The notes beneath the pieces are model-generated. The model was not told the origin of the DNA and ran no database searches. It saw only the letters and a program-made list of their open reading frames with translations. The position numbers and the translations under genes are program-made. Source: Schizochytrium sp. TIO01 (lineage: Eukaryota > Protista > Bigyra: Labyrinthulomycetes). Taken from it: a stretch of 64,000 nt of DNA. Below are positions 50,801-61,509 of the stretch, in pieces. How positions within the stretch are numbered: position 1 is the first letter of the stretch; each line of letters begins with the position of its first letter. Location of the stretch: assembly GCA_004764695.1 (NCBI GenBank), contig SMSO01000014.1, positions 5,880,029 through 5,944,028 of the forward strand, in the 5' to 3' direction.

Positions 50801-53800
50801 CAGTGGCTCGCGTCCTCATTATATGATTAGACTCCAAAACAGAACCAACACTTGGCATCATGCTGAATCCCATATGTAAGTCATGAGAAACGCACAAAGG
50901 CAGTCGTGCATCTGGATAAGGGAGCTCATTATGCTCGATTTTACCATTGAACGCATCATTGACGAGGGAGTTTATCGTGAGGTGGTGGCTGAATGGTTGG
51001 TGAATTAAATACGAAGGTAAACCTTTTATCTCAATCATTCTGGAACGATTGTATTTAGCAACCACTTTGGTGAGTAGCGCGTCAGCACGAACAATACCAA
51101 TGGTAGCACTTGCAACAGCCTGGTTCAACATACGATGGAACACCTCATTTGCATTAGTACCTCTATTTCCCACAAGATGATTTTTGCCATTGATTTTAGT
51201 CTGTAGAACGAGACCTGGAGGGTCGCTCAAGCAGCCCTTATGAACATGTTCAAAAAGGCCTGCAATATACTTGTCTAGGCCAACCCCTGTGGCGGTCTTA
51301 GATAAAAATAATCCATGCCGAAACCCATTTGGATAGGGTCCGAAATGTTCTACACAAGCGTTACCAGATCTTGGTTTGCAACGCTCTCGTACGCGATGAA
51401 GCAGGTCAGCACTGAGATCCATCTTCGAGTTCATAATATAGTGAGTCTTAAAAACTTCCATGATGCGCTTATATAGAACCTCTGGTTGTGGGATTCGGGT
51501 TTCAACAGCTTGATTGATAAGCCGATCTTTTGTGAAGTTGCTCTTACTCTTATGTTCCTGTTGAACCTGCTTCACTCGCTTGTGGTCGCGCTGAAGAACA
51601 GCGTTTGCTAATGCAGTCATGAATGCAGTACGAGGTGCTCGGCTTTCGTTGCTGCTTTTCACCATTATTTGCTCCCAACGCTTGAGCCAGTGAAACAAAT
51701 CGAGCTTGATGGGGACTCCCTTGAAAATTTGTGATAGGCATTTATTTAATTTTCCACAACATGTATCTGTCCAAATACATTCAGGCCGGTAATCCCGACC
51801 ATGCATTTCCTGGCGTAGCTTGACGAATCGTCCTAAAGCTTCTCTTATTTCCCTCTCGTTCTCACTGTTCGCCAACCCACAATAGAATATAATCTGGTTG
51901 TGTTCGTTACTGATTGTGAGTAGGGCTTGATATGGCTGGTATATCCTAAAGGATTTGTCTTGGTCTTGGAATCGAAGTTTACAGCGCTCGGGAAACCGGA
52001 ACGTGCAATCGATAGCGATATACCTGGCGCTGTATGACGCAATTTCGCGAAGCAAAGGTCTTGCCTCTCCTTTAAACTGGTCAATACATAATTCGTCGAG
52101 AAATTTGGAGCTTAATCGATATCCGTTGTACTCCATGTCGAAGTTGCCAAAATTTTCAGGAGCCGTGATTGATTTCTCTTGCGTTTCTTCTTCATTTGAG
52201 CACGATGCTGATTGATTTGTCTGGTCGACCTGTTTGCTCGCTTGCTCAGCTGCTTGCTCGGCAGATTCTTTATTGATCTTGTCTCGGGCAAGTCGCTCGT
52301 TGCGCTGCTGGATAACCATTCGAGCATACTCCACGCTCAGTAAGTCCTTTTCTCGGAGTATCTGGTTGATTGTAGTCTCCAAAAGTTCTTTCCAACCCTC
52401 TATAACCCTCGTTCGGTCCCTCTCACGTCGAGCAGTGCTGAGTTGCTTGATTTTCTCGCCGTTTTTTGTATCTAGGATGTTCTTAAGCTCATGGAAGACA
52501 TCAACAACTGTAGAGATATTGAGAGCAGACTTTAGGATTTTAATCTTTTTTTCTCCCAAACTCTTGATTTGCTTTAAATCAAATTCCAGTAATTCACGAG
52601 CAGCCGTCTCCTTTCTCAAAACCTCAGCAGAACATTTTTCGGGCTGGAATTGAATCTTAGATTTGAGCGTATTTGTCGAGTTCACTGCTTGCTTTTGAAA
52701 AAAACTTGGGATTGTATTGGGGCCAGCTTCATCGAAGCGCCGAGTGTGTTCTCCTAAGCTTGATGCATAGTAAAAGTACTCTAGACGATTATGGTTCCGT
52801 ACCTGAGCCTCATTGAAAGCATCTGCAGCCCACGCGGGACTTTTCAACCACAATTGGCTGAGACGTTGGCTAACCTCTGTTTCAATCCCGTGGCGTGGGG
52901 TTAAGGTCAGGCCAAAGCGTATCCGTACGTCAGCAGGGCACAAACGAAGAACATCCTCACTTGTATTGCGAAACTCTTTATTGCACTTTTTACATTTATA
53001 CTTTCGAGCCACGAGAAACCAATTTGCAGTCGCACCAGCAATCTCTCGGTAATTTGGTGCCCAGAAGCCATCGTCACCAGAGACGCTGACAAGAGGTTCA
53101 CCCAAATGCGCTTTTTGGTTGCAGTATGGACATGGCATGCGATTGTTCATCGACGCATACATTTTTGCTGGATGCCATAACCCAACGCTGCGCTGGTGAA
53201 AGTACTCTGGTGCAATTTGTTGACCTCTTTTTACTTTCGGCAGTTTGGGTTTCTGGAGCCAAGTGATTGTCCCATCAGGAACAATGTCGTACAGGGACTG
53301 GCATGTTTTGATATCCATTTTATCAAGTGTGTCTTTGCAGCTGTCGATAAATTTTTGTTGGATTAAGGTGATCGTAGTCTCGCGCTTCTCCTCATCTACA
53401 TTAGCGCTTTCATTTAAGCCTTCCAGATCCTTTCTGATATCCTCATGACTCAAGGATTCCTGATCATTGTCCCCGGGAGTGGCTGTCGCCTGGCGAAGCT
53501 TGCAACGTGATGAAAATTGCATCATTTTCGTGTTTGATGTTTACCTCGTTGTTGAGTTTCGCTACCTCAAAGTATCATTTAATATGCCCTGATCATCCAG
53601 TGAATATTTCCAAGTCTCTTTGCACATGTATTCGAGCCCAAGGAATACGAGCTTAACCACCATCAAAGTCCAGTATTAAATTGCATCAGTGAAACGTCGG
53701 CGTAGTATTCGTTGAGGTGGATGTGCCAGTTTACCAGAAATATGTAACATCCTTGTGAGGAGACCCAGTGGTGATACACTTAATTATTTTCAGTGGAATT

Positions 53801-54061
53801 AGAGGAAGATTATCACTGAGTGTTCTTGCTAAAACCAGTAACAAAATTCATAAAGAGTTTTAAATTAAAAGCTAAATGTCATGCCGCGTCCCACAGTTAA
53901 AGCCATATATCTTATAAAATGCATATCAAAAAACTCGCCAACACAATGATTTTGTGAGGAAAAGTAGAATTTCCCCCCAGATTTTCGCCTGTTCTCTCCT
54001 ATGTTCTCTCCCCCCCCCGCGAGTTTTTTTTTTGAGCTCACGTCAGCATGGCAGATGAGCC
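47826..54061 (-). mobile_element. Autonomous-looking TIR DNA transposon, 6236 bp, 8-bp TSD, DDE/DxxH transposase (Mutator/ISL3-like clan; superfamily unassigned)
   Basis: Left end GGCTCGTCTGCCATGCTGAC (47826-47845) is the inverted repeat of the right end GTCAGCATGGCAGATGAGCC (54042-54061), 19/20 identical. TATGTGTG is duplicated at 47818-47825 and 54062-54069. A single long ORF lies inside. Confidence 0.92.
47991..53525 (-). CDS. 1844-aa transposase: Zn-finger region, HhH-like motif, DDE core with DxxH, second Cys/His cluster, C-terminal Ulp1-like (C48) protease
   Basis: CPYC..YKCKKC; LKQIKSLGEKKIKIL; YIAIDCTF (D, 52008-52010); LLTISNEHNQI; IWTDTCC (D, 51765-51767); KLDLFHWLKRW; GCLSDPPG; RGTNANEVFH (E, 51144-51146); CKYCQSC..GH..C; WMQGDAMD..LPFCTGSHWQLL..FYDPL..QKNGVDCG. 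Confidence 0.88.
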   Translation of the reverse strand: MMQFSSRCKLRQATATPGDNDQESLSHEDIRKDLEGLNESANVDEEKRETTITLIQQKFIDSCKDTLDKMDIKTCQSLYDIVPDGTITWLQKPKLPKVKRGQQIAPEYFHQRSVGLWHPAKMYASMNNRMPCPYCNQKAHLGEPLVSVSGDDGFWAPNYREIAGATANWFLVARKYKCKKCNKEFRNTSEDVLRLCPADVRIRFGLTLTPRHGIETEVSQRLSQLWLKSPAWAADAFNEAQVRNHNRLEYFYYASSLGEHTRRFDEAGPNTIPSFFQKQAVNSTNTLKSKIQFQPEKCSAEVLRKETAARELLEFDLKQIKSLGEKKIKILKSALNISTVVDVFHELKNILDTKNGEKIKQLSTARRERDRTRVIEGWKELLETTINQILREKDLLSVEYARMVIQQRNERLARDKINKESAEQAAEQASKQVDQTNQSASCSNEEETQEKSITAPENFGNFDMEYNGYRLSSKFLDELCIDQFKGEARPLLREIASYSARYIAIDCTFRFPERCKLRFQDQDKSFRIYQPYQALLTISNEHNQIIFYCGLANSENEREIREALGRFVKLRQEMHGRDYRPECIWTDTCCGKLNKCLSQIFKGVPIKLDLFHWLKRWEQIMVKSSNESRAPRTAFMTALANAVLQRDHKRVKQVQQEHKSKSNFTKDRLINQAVETRIPQPEVLYKRIMEVFKTHYIMNSKMDLSADLLHRVRERCKPRSGNACVEHFGPYPNGFRHGLFLSKTATGVGLDKYIAGLFEHVHKGCLSDPPGLVLQTKINGKNHLVGNRGTNANEVFHRMLNQAVASATIGIVRADALLTKVVAKYNRSRMIEIKGLPSYLIHQPFSHHLTINSLVNDAFNGKIEHNELPYPDARLPLCVSHDLHMGFSMMPSVGSVLESNHIMRTRATVVPIFFDSTENSTLAHAVEQAIAVIFAFAKALARPEHKRKAISYLQKVLRKLTGGGVPTETDRSVLDEAGIDKKLKDHISLRLIAMNILVNGSLFTKGENGDKPEPQGDIGVQRVLSTCVEILEDCISTDSDSEEFKERIKISCVQLEPPEHEDDPISELVVGSSNADIHLHIGCSVRKNITNLPKAQLASAPRVKKGLFPAEEARPDRTRWIAFCEDPLPNRSGTSLTDDVSWERVLSENSGDDAEQTVECRKKQQQVLSASYTTCGIKGSGWARPRPKDLIGASTPCPFKMKGKPEQQDKVEQDFYLYLLKTKNFNRKAAPILSNSFESFAQLWNRYACPAGDLDGLFLPKLDSVQISHPGDLREYLKPKTAFLLRQYADFLNQRDSISAKNRKLMLASKLEHMTEPLVDVPVTADGALVHPLHLLESIRELDYSTRCNLEANIINEELLSRHPSLERFDTAELRSIMTKNFPLAPQQTFFQFKHLKSKRKSIWRAPENLSKCKYCQSCYAPREGHPTPFGAECKLQTCEATISALDSLPPTDFFGSEKRRAQAIAPKEHTVDVPKVGNVRGVKMQPRQGGPVRTFNSKCTAFWKASAKVFSLLKSSISPKHSVFTSGKHFVHSNNITMNHTFLEFGMCQRLFLDSHGNLPCSESTNPESFGEPLSWMQGDAMDAWCATCCEENRVMKPAERKKCHGTAFVPSTALQFLTSSVDDRHDLFISSVCNAIANATPRGHFQKDSSSTRSIYIPDVIEYVMLPFCTGSHWQLLYFNQRQARVVFYDPLSTLHEPSHVMKVFGDAIRLFGAEDWEIEIRRGNQKNGVDCGYHVSTLMYTLWRGDVAEEVAHQEIQDEHMNEVYRRAFAMDIVRGIWRVYNISYLQVYWAARSDARGSTHLNLILAAIKNPNQAMSSQSQAQAPQISATEFSSQVAVTVS

Positions 54062-54776
54062 TATGTGTGTGTGCGCAGTTGGAAAAACTGCGATACTCAT
54101 TCGCGATAGGTATAATTGATTACCTGTTCTGAGCTGCTGGAAACAAAGTAGACTTGGAGGCGCCTTTCGGCATCGAGTGGAGGCTGGCTTGGCTTAATTT
54201 ATCTAGGGCCGATTGGCATTGGACTGATCGCTAACTCATGCACTCTCGGGAACGCTGGCAAAAAAGAAAAAAGAAAAAAAGCGAACCCGGCAGCAGCCCA
54301 TGATCTCTGCTCAACTGATCGCAGTTTTCAAACAAGTTATCTATCTAAACAAAGTTTACTCATCATTTTTAATATATTGAAAAAATAAAAACAAAAACCT
54401 TACCTAATCGAATTGAAGTTTTCCAGGTAGAGCCAACCAACCGCTTTCAGCACTGCCTCCACACGCGCCATGCCTTACACGTAATGTGCAGGTCTCAGCC
54501 AAGCCAGAAAACCAAAACAGGGCGCCTTGCCACGGCGACGGCTTCATTTCGGAATTTCACGAAAAGAAATGAGGTCCGGAAGGCAGACAGACTTCTGTGG
54601 GCTTCAGAAAAAATACCTTCTACTGAGTCCTGATCCTCCTACAACCGACTTGCCTTCTTTTCTTTTCATCGACTGTGCGAATACAGGCAAGCAAACAGAT
54701 GCATAGCTAGACAGAAAACATTGACTCAAGATCGATCAAAACGGCAAACCAGCAGGTACTCGTGGCACGAGCCGGA

Positions 54777-54838
54777 GGTATGTATGTATGTATGTATGTA
54801 TGTATGTATGTATGTATGTATGTATGTATGTATGTATG

Positions 54839-54868
<30 letters not shown>
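54777..54868. repeat. (GTAT)n microsatellite
   Basis: About 23 gtat units. Confidence 0.97.
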
Positions 54869-54869
<1 letters not shown>

Positions 54870-55304
54870 GCTCTTTCGTCTTTTCTCCACAGAAGGTCAA
54901 CTCAAGCAACGCCCGAAAAGAGCGATGAGACCGCTACTAACTAAGACGCTCGCACAAACACACACCCTCACCACCTCAGTGGCTGTGGAGCTCGTAGCGT
55001 GGGACTAGAGAACGCGGTGGTGGCTGCGGCGCACCCTCGCGGCAAGACAGTCAGCGATCATTTGGCCGCATTCAGGCCACGCTTAGACCTGCGGTGCGGA
55101 TCTGGGTAGTTTCTGTCCTGCTCGACTCGAACGCAAATGAGCGAGTTAGGTAGTTTGTTTATTTAGTTGAAAGTTGGGCTGTTGTTTTAGCTGATTGGTG
55201 AGAAGGTGCTTTTTATTTTAGTAGATTAGAAGAACTCTTGTTCATAAATTATGGATTGATTGATTTGGAAATGGAGCCAAGAGTAAACAGGATTCGAAGG
55301 TAGC

Positions 55305-55462
55305 TTGTTTGGTTTTGTTTGTTTGGTTTTGTTTGGTTTTGTTTGTTTGTTTGTTTGTTTGTTTGTTTGTTTGTTTGTTTGTTTGTTTGTTTGTTTGTTT
55401 GTTTGTTTGTTTGTTTGTTTGTTTGTTTGTTTGTTTGTTTGTTTGTTTGTTTGTTTGTTTGT

Positions 55463-55510
<48 letters not shown>

Positions 55511-55535
55511 TTGAATGTGAATGAATGAATGAATG
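55305..55535. repeat. Compound (GTTT)n-(GCTT)n-(GAAT)n microsatellite
   Basis: A long gttt run switches abruptly to gctt and then gaat. Confidence 0.97.
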
Positions 55536-57974
55536 TGAATGAGTGAAAACCATCGTCGAACGTGGACCACTGACAGTTTGCAAAGAAAAAAGAATAGCAA
55601 CTCTTTTTTTCTTTTTCGTTTTAAAAGTTTAATTTAAAACAAAAAACAAAAAAAAACTTTAAGATTGGAAAATAGCAAACAAACAAAAAGAGAACCAGTA
55701 CTTCTGACAAAGTTTGTTTCCATGAATTATGAACCATGAATTGCAAAACAATCCGAATAGGCCTACACGACTTATTTAACTTAAGTTAAAACAGAGCCGC
55801 GTTGTCATCGCAAGATTGCGCTTCATTTGTCCAAAAGTAAAACTAACAAGAGTAAACCGACATCCCCGGTTCTAAAAGTATGGTTTTCCGCAGCAATATA
55901 TCTTGAAAATAAAAGAGCAAAGCACAACCCATCACAGAATGGGGCCTCGCAAGTTAGATAGACATAAATATTCATTACTTTATTCTTTACAATATACTCA
56001 CTCTCATTTCCGAATCACCGGAAGCAGGCAAACGAGGCCCGCAACAAATGGTTGGCCGCGCCTTTTGACGTTGCCTTGGACCCCGAAACAAAGAACGGCG
56101 GGGTGTCGAACAATGCGCTCCCGAGTCTCCCATCGTACCTTTCGCAGACCTCTTCTCAAGATCTTCTTTCTACAACGTCACAAGTACCACGCCCGCCTGT
56201 GTCGGCCTTTATTTATTGCCCATTCGCCAGGTCCTTTTGCGCCTACAGTGAGCGAACGAATGCTGTTTCAAGGTTATAACTACACTCCAGTACAACAAAA
56301 AACATAAACTCGCAAATCGATACCAGAAAACGCGACAACTGAGGCGGCTTCTGAGCCTTGCAAATGATGAACAAATAAATAAATACAAAGTAAGTAAATA
56401 AATAAATAAATAAATAAATGGCGGCGACCTCCCTCCCACTCTGGTGGAGATGGATTTCAACGAATGCGTGCGTGGGTATACATACATACATAAATACATA
56501 CCTATCGAGCTTCGCTGTCTGACTGAATGACTGACTGAACGTGAATGACTGACCTGAGTTTGTGGACTGCCAAACAAAGCAAAAGCAGCACAAGTGCCGA
56601 AAGGAAGGAAGTCAGAGTGGTAGTAGAAACTGGAAACGCTGGTGCTTTGGAGGCGCATTAGGCAGTGAGTGAGTGAGATAGTGAGTGCGTGAGTGCGTGG
56701 CTCCTGGAAGTGGCGCCTGGTTCGCAAAAGTTGGTGGCATCGCAGCTTAAGTAATTGTTTCTTTCCCCAGTTGCCGACCACGAGACCCTCTGAAGCGGCA
56801 CTGCCTCGCATCACAGCTTGCTTGTCACAGAGAGCGAGCGAATGAATGAGTGAGTGATTGCAGGGTTGTGCGAGTTGAGACCTACAGTAATGCACTTGGT
56901 TTGCTGCTTGCTTGCTTGGTTGCTTGGTTGCTTGGACAGCTGATTGCGGCCTTGAAAACGTGGGAACTGAAGCTGCTCTGTACACGCATGAAATGCTTAA
57001 TGCATAAATGCAATTCTACGACTACGCAGCAAGATATGCTGGCTGTGACATGATTTGCAATGACGGCTGTGTCTTTTGCTGTGCTGTGCTTTGCTCTGCT
57101 TCGCTCCTCCGCGTTGAGCTTAAGTAGTGCGTGGTTGCAACAATGCAGGTGCAATCAAGCACACGATGGCATACACCTGTGGCGGCGTCTCATTGCAGTC
57201 GCAGGTCTGATGCCAGCAAGCCTAGCTGCTCGAGACTGAGGGCAGATATACCCGGAGAGCGCCGTTTTCGAGCAACAATTTGTGAGTTCCTCTTGAGCTT
57301 GAGGGTTCAGCACTCGGCACAATATGCCGCGAGCAACCAACAGCCGGACAACGCAGCACTGCTGCTACGAGCACGGCGTCCTCTGAGCCGGAGCGATCGT
57401 CGTCCACGCGAGCCCTGCAACAGGTAGGAGACCTAGGTACCTACTGCCCCGGCGACGTGGTCAAGGTGGAAGCAGCAGCGGTGTCTATTGCGTAGTTTGG
57501 CTTGAAGGTCTCCAGGCAGGATTTGTGAGGACCTCGCCTCCATCGCATCGCACGAGAGTGCGCACGCATTGCATTACAGGTGAGTGGACTCCAACAGAAC
57601 CAACCGAAACAAACTCAGGATCTTCGCACAATATGATCTTGAAAGGAGAGGCCGTGGCTCTGATCCGTCTGACCTTTGATTGAGCTTGCCAAAGAGATCG
57701 CAATGGGCTGCATCCTGCTGCTACTTTCTGGAGATCGACTCCCAGTCCACGTTGAATTTGAGAAGAAGAGGACCTTGGACTGTCAAGGTCTTCTTCACAT
57801 TGAAACAACAAAGCGAACATTGATTCATTGGCAGATCGCCAAAAATATGGTATCGCTACTACGCCAGACCATTCTCAGGCTTGGAATAGCTGATGATGGC
57901 AGTTTTGACCAGGGAAGCCCTGTAAGCAGTGGCGCTGCCACGCTCGGGAGGGCCTTCTTACGGCTCTGATTGGT

Positions 57975-58006
<32 letters not shown>

Positions 58007-59880
58007 GCAGCTTGCGAGCTAGCTAGACAGCTGGACAGCTGCAAGAAGAAGTCCATGCGTCCATCCAACATGCTTCGAGTTAGCTCCCTTCCCTTAGCAG
58101 GCAGGCCTGGTTGAAAAGGGTCGTCGTCAATCAGCCACTGCGCTTGAGATCTTGATCGAGCACGCAGTAGCAGCCGTGGGCCGCAAGATGTCGAGATCCT
58201 TGGCCGATTCGTGCGGTTTCTTTGTCGTGCAAGTTGTTTCTTGCTCAGGAAGGTACCTAAGTACAAGATGGAAATTGATTGGCGAATTCCTCTCTCTGAC
58301 GGTCATTCCTTTGGACACCTCAATTTTGTTTCTCAAAGCTAAAGCTCGAGAGCCGTGGGCGTGAACCTATGAATGGACGAATGGATGATCGAGTGAATAA
58401 TGAGTGATGAGTGATGAGTGCTGAGTGAACTCGAGGACGACGGCGTGGACCTCCACAACGTCAGGCATGCATGTTTTAGCGGGCACAAACTCCTCGAAGA
58501 AGAAGAAGAAGAAGAAGAAGAAGAACTTTGTTGCGAGATTCTTCGGCCGACTGTTCAGACGTAGAGAATTGAGGCCTTCACTTGGAAGCGCGAATTCCTT
58601 CCTTCATTCCTTCACTCATTGATTCATTGATTGATTGACTGATTGACTGATTTAATTATTTTTATTTTTATTTCAATTAGTTGATTAGTTAATTAGTTAA
58701 TTATTTGTTCTTTCATTCAATGATTCATGCATCAAATATTCGCAGTTTATTCATATTTATTCATTTATTTGATTATTCACTCATTCATCCATCCATTCCA
58801 AGTAATTCAATCTCATTCAATCAATCAATGTATTATTAAGTTTTTATTCTTTTATTCTATTCTACTACGCCCACATCGTTTTATTTCAAGTTATTCATGG
58901 ATACCTTCAATGCGACGTAGTGTCAAAAACAAACATGCTTTTCTCCCCGTTCAAGTTGGGACAGTGTCCCTGCTGAGTCTTCGGTCGGTCTCCATTACTT
59001 TCAACCTCTCAAAACACAACAACCTCAGAAGAAGAAGGCTGTCGATGGGTTCTAAACTTGTACAAACATTCTATCGCAGAGGATTCATCCGTTTGTTAAT
59101 CAATCCCCATCACTCTACTGATCCGCCTTTGGGCCGCCGCTTTCTTTCTTTTCAATTGAGAGCACTTAGAGCCTTTTCATTATCTACTCTAACTTATCCA
59201 CCAGGCTCTGCAGAAGATCGAAACGCACATCGAAACAACCTAAACTCAAGGCAGCCTGCGTTGTTCTATACAGGGGCTCCTGCTTGATTTGCTACCATCC
59301 TATGCAAACGAAACTTCTCAAAGCTGACGGTTGAATGAATGAATGAATGAATGAATGAGTGAATGAATGAATGAATGACTCCGAATATATCATGATGGAT
59401 ACAATAGGTACCGAGGTTCATTTGGTACTGGTTTATGGGACAGTTACCCTTTAGCTGAGGTCCCTTTTATTTGCTTCTCTCCGTCAGTTAACTTCCGTTC
59501 AGGTCGAAGTTTCGTGTCATACGGGGTGAGATTGCGAAAGAGGGACTGCGCCAATCAACATCAGTCAGTCAGTCAGTCAGTCAGTCATTCAAACAGTCAA
59601 TCGGTTTATCTATCGATCGATCGTCGATAGTGCCTACCAAATTAATGAATTCATGCATCCACTGCTGACGCCTTCGAAGCAAAGCAATCGCTCCGTCGAT
59701 CCATCATCGATTCGCAACAGACTTCAAAGAGAAGTTTGCTTCTCCTACTTTGCCCCCCAAAAGACCACTCACCGCTAGCGAACTAGCTATCTACCCCCCT
59801 AGTGGTAGCAGCTGCATACTGCCCGCTAGCGCTCGGTGCGCACTCCTTGAGTTACTTTTAATTTCAAAATTATGAAAATT

Positions 59881-59941
59881 AATGAGAATTGGAAAGAATT
59901 GGAAAGAATTGAGAATAATTAGAAAGAATTGAGAATCATTG
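59881..59941. repeat. Degenerate 10-bp tandem repeat
   Basis: GGAAAGAATT-like units, about 6 copies. Confidence 0.75.
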
Positions 59942-61453
59942 TAAAGGGAAAGCAAAAGAGAGAGAGCAAAGCATGAAAAGAGAAAGTATTGGAGCTCTCC
60001 GCAGCGGCGATCGATCTCTGTGTTGATCGATCCATTGGCTCTTGTTTGAAGAGTCTCTCACCGGTTGGCTATGCGGGAAGAGGCCTTCAGAGGCGGCGAC
60101 TCGGACAAAATGGTTTTCACCTTTAGAAGACGTGTAGAGCTAATTAATAAAAGGCAGCGGCGGGAAGACACGGCAAAGAGCCGTGGTTCTGCTCTCTTCT
60201 CTTCTTCATCAACCCTTCGAGATATCTATCCCCACTCGCGGTGATAAGTAAGTATGAATAAATACTTTAATTAATTAAAATGTGAATATGAATGAACCAA
60301 TCAATAAATCAATAAATTATTGATTGATGGACTCACATTTAATGCCGCTGTCCATAAAACCTTCTGTTGTTATTTGGCTCTCTTTTTTCAGTTTAATTAT
60401 TTTTATTTAAAAAATGTTCTTTTTTGTTTCTAAATAAATGTAGTTTGGGGATACCAAAAGTTATTTATGGAAATTGTTTGTTCAAGGTGGTTTTCAGGAA
60501 AACTGAAATGTAGAGAGCTTGCAGAGCTACCTACCTTCATGAGCTTGATTCAAGTTGATTTGTAGAATTGGTAAATACACGCTCACCAGTGCGTGCTTTT
60601 CGGTTTTTTAGCGCCCCTTTCATCTGGGATGATCCTAGTTTACTTTAATTCGAACTTACGTTTTGTTTTAATAAGATTTTTCCTGGTTTTTGTGCCGCTC
60701 TTCTCTTATTATCTTTCCCTTTCGCTCTCTTTTTTCAAGTCAAGCCGCCCAGCGCTTTCCACAAATAAGAAAAGAAACCAGAAGAAACCAATCGCCAAAG
60801 TGACCTGAATAATGAATACAAGTGAAAACAAACCGAAATGCAAAACTACCCCACCTATATGGTTCTTATTTTATGTATTTCTCTGTCTATGTATCCCCCT
60901 TTTGCTTTCCCTTTGAGTATATTTCCTTACATCAACAACAAGGGTATCCCTTCTGCAGCTATTTCATAAAACTCACCATTCTCTTTCTAATGCTTTTTCT
61001 TCGTTTTCTAACTTGAATGCTTTTTCTTCGTTTGTTCTTTCGTTTTTCCACGGACCGCCATGATGCCGAGGGGACAGCGCGAATCCGCTGTGCTCTCAAG
61101 TTTTCTCAATGGATCAATGGAATCAGCAGCGACAGACAGCGAAGAACCGTCGATCGATCGGCCAATGCATCGAACGAGCTCTGGCGGTCTTCTGGCCACG
61201 AGTTGCTTGCTTGCTTGCTTGCTTTCACAATGATGATAAGAACAACAAAGCCAACGCCCGGAGATGGTATGATGGAATGGCAAGCGGGCTCTAAGAACGC
61301 CGCCCCGATCGATCAATAGTCGCCGTGGCGATGAGCCATATCCATTCAGTTGTTAGAATGGTGATCCCCGTTCGGTTGATGGGATGGTCAGCGCCCAAAT
61401 CCTGCAAGCAAGACACACAGCCAATAAATCAATCCTCGATCAATTACCCACGG

Positions 61454-61509
61454 CATACATACATACGTACATACATACATACATACATACATACATACAT
61501 ACATACATG
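61454..61509. repeat. (CATA)n microsatellite
   Basis: About 13 cata units with one interruption. Confidence 0.93.

Noticed and set aside
47826-54061. Assignment to Zisupton, hAT or Merlin because of the 8-bp TSD and Ulp1
   Set aside because: I see no KDZ/SWIM motifs, hAT termini or compact Merlin core, so the superfamily is left unassigned.
55226-55600. KQTN/FVCL repeat ORFs
   Set aside because: Microsatellite translation.
57520-57585. HExxH-like peptide DLASIASHESAHALHY before a GTGAGT donor
   Set aside because: No extendable frame or compatible exons found; likely chance.
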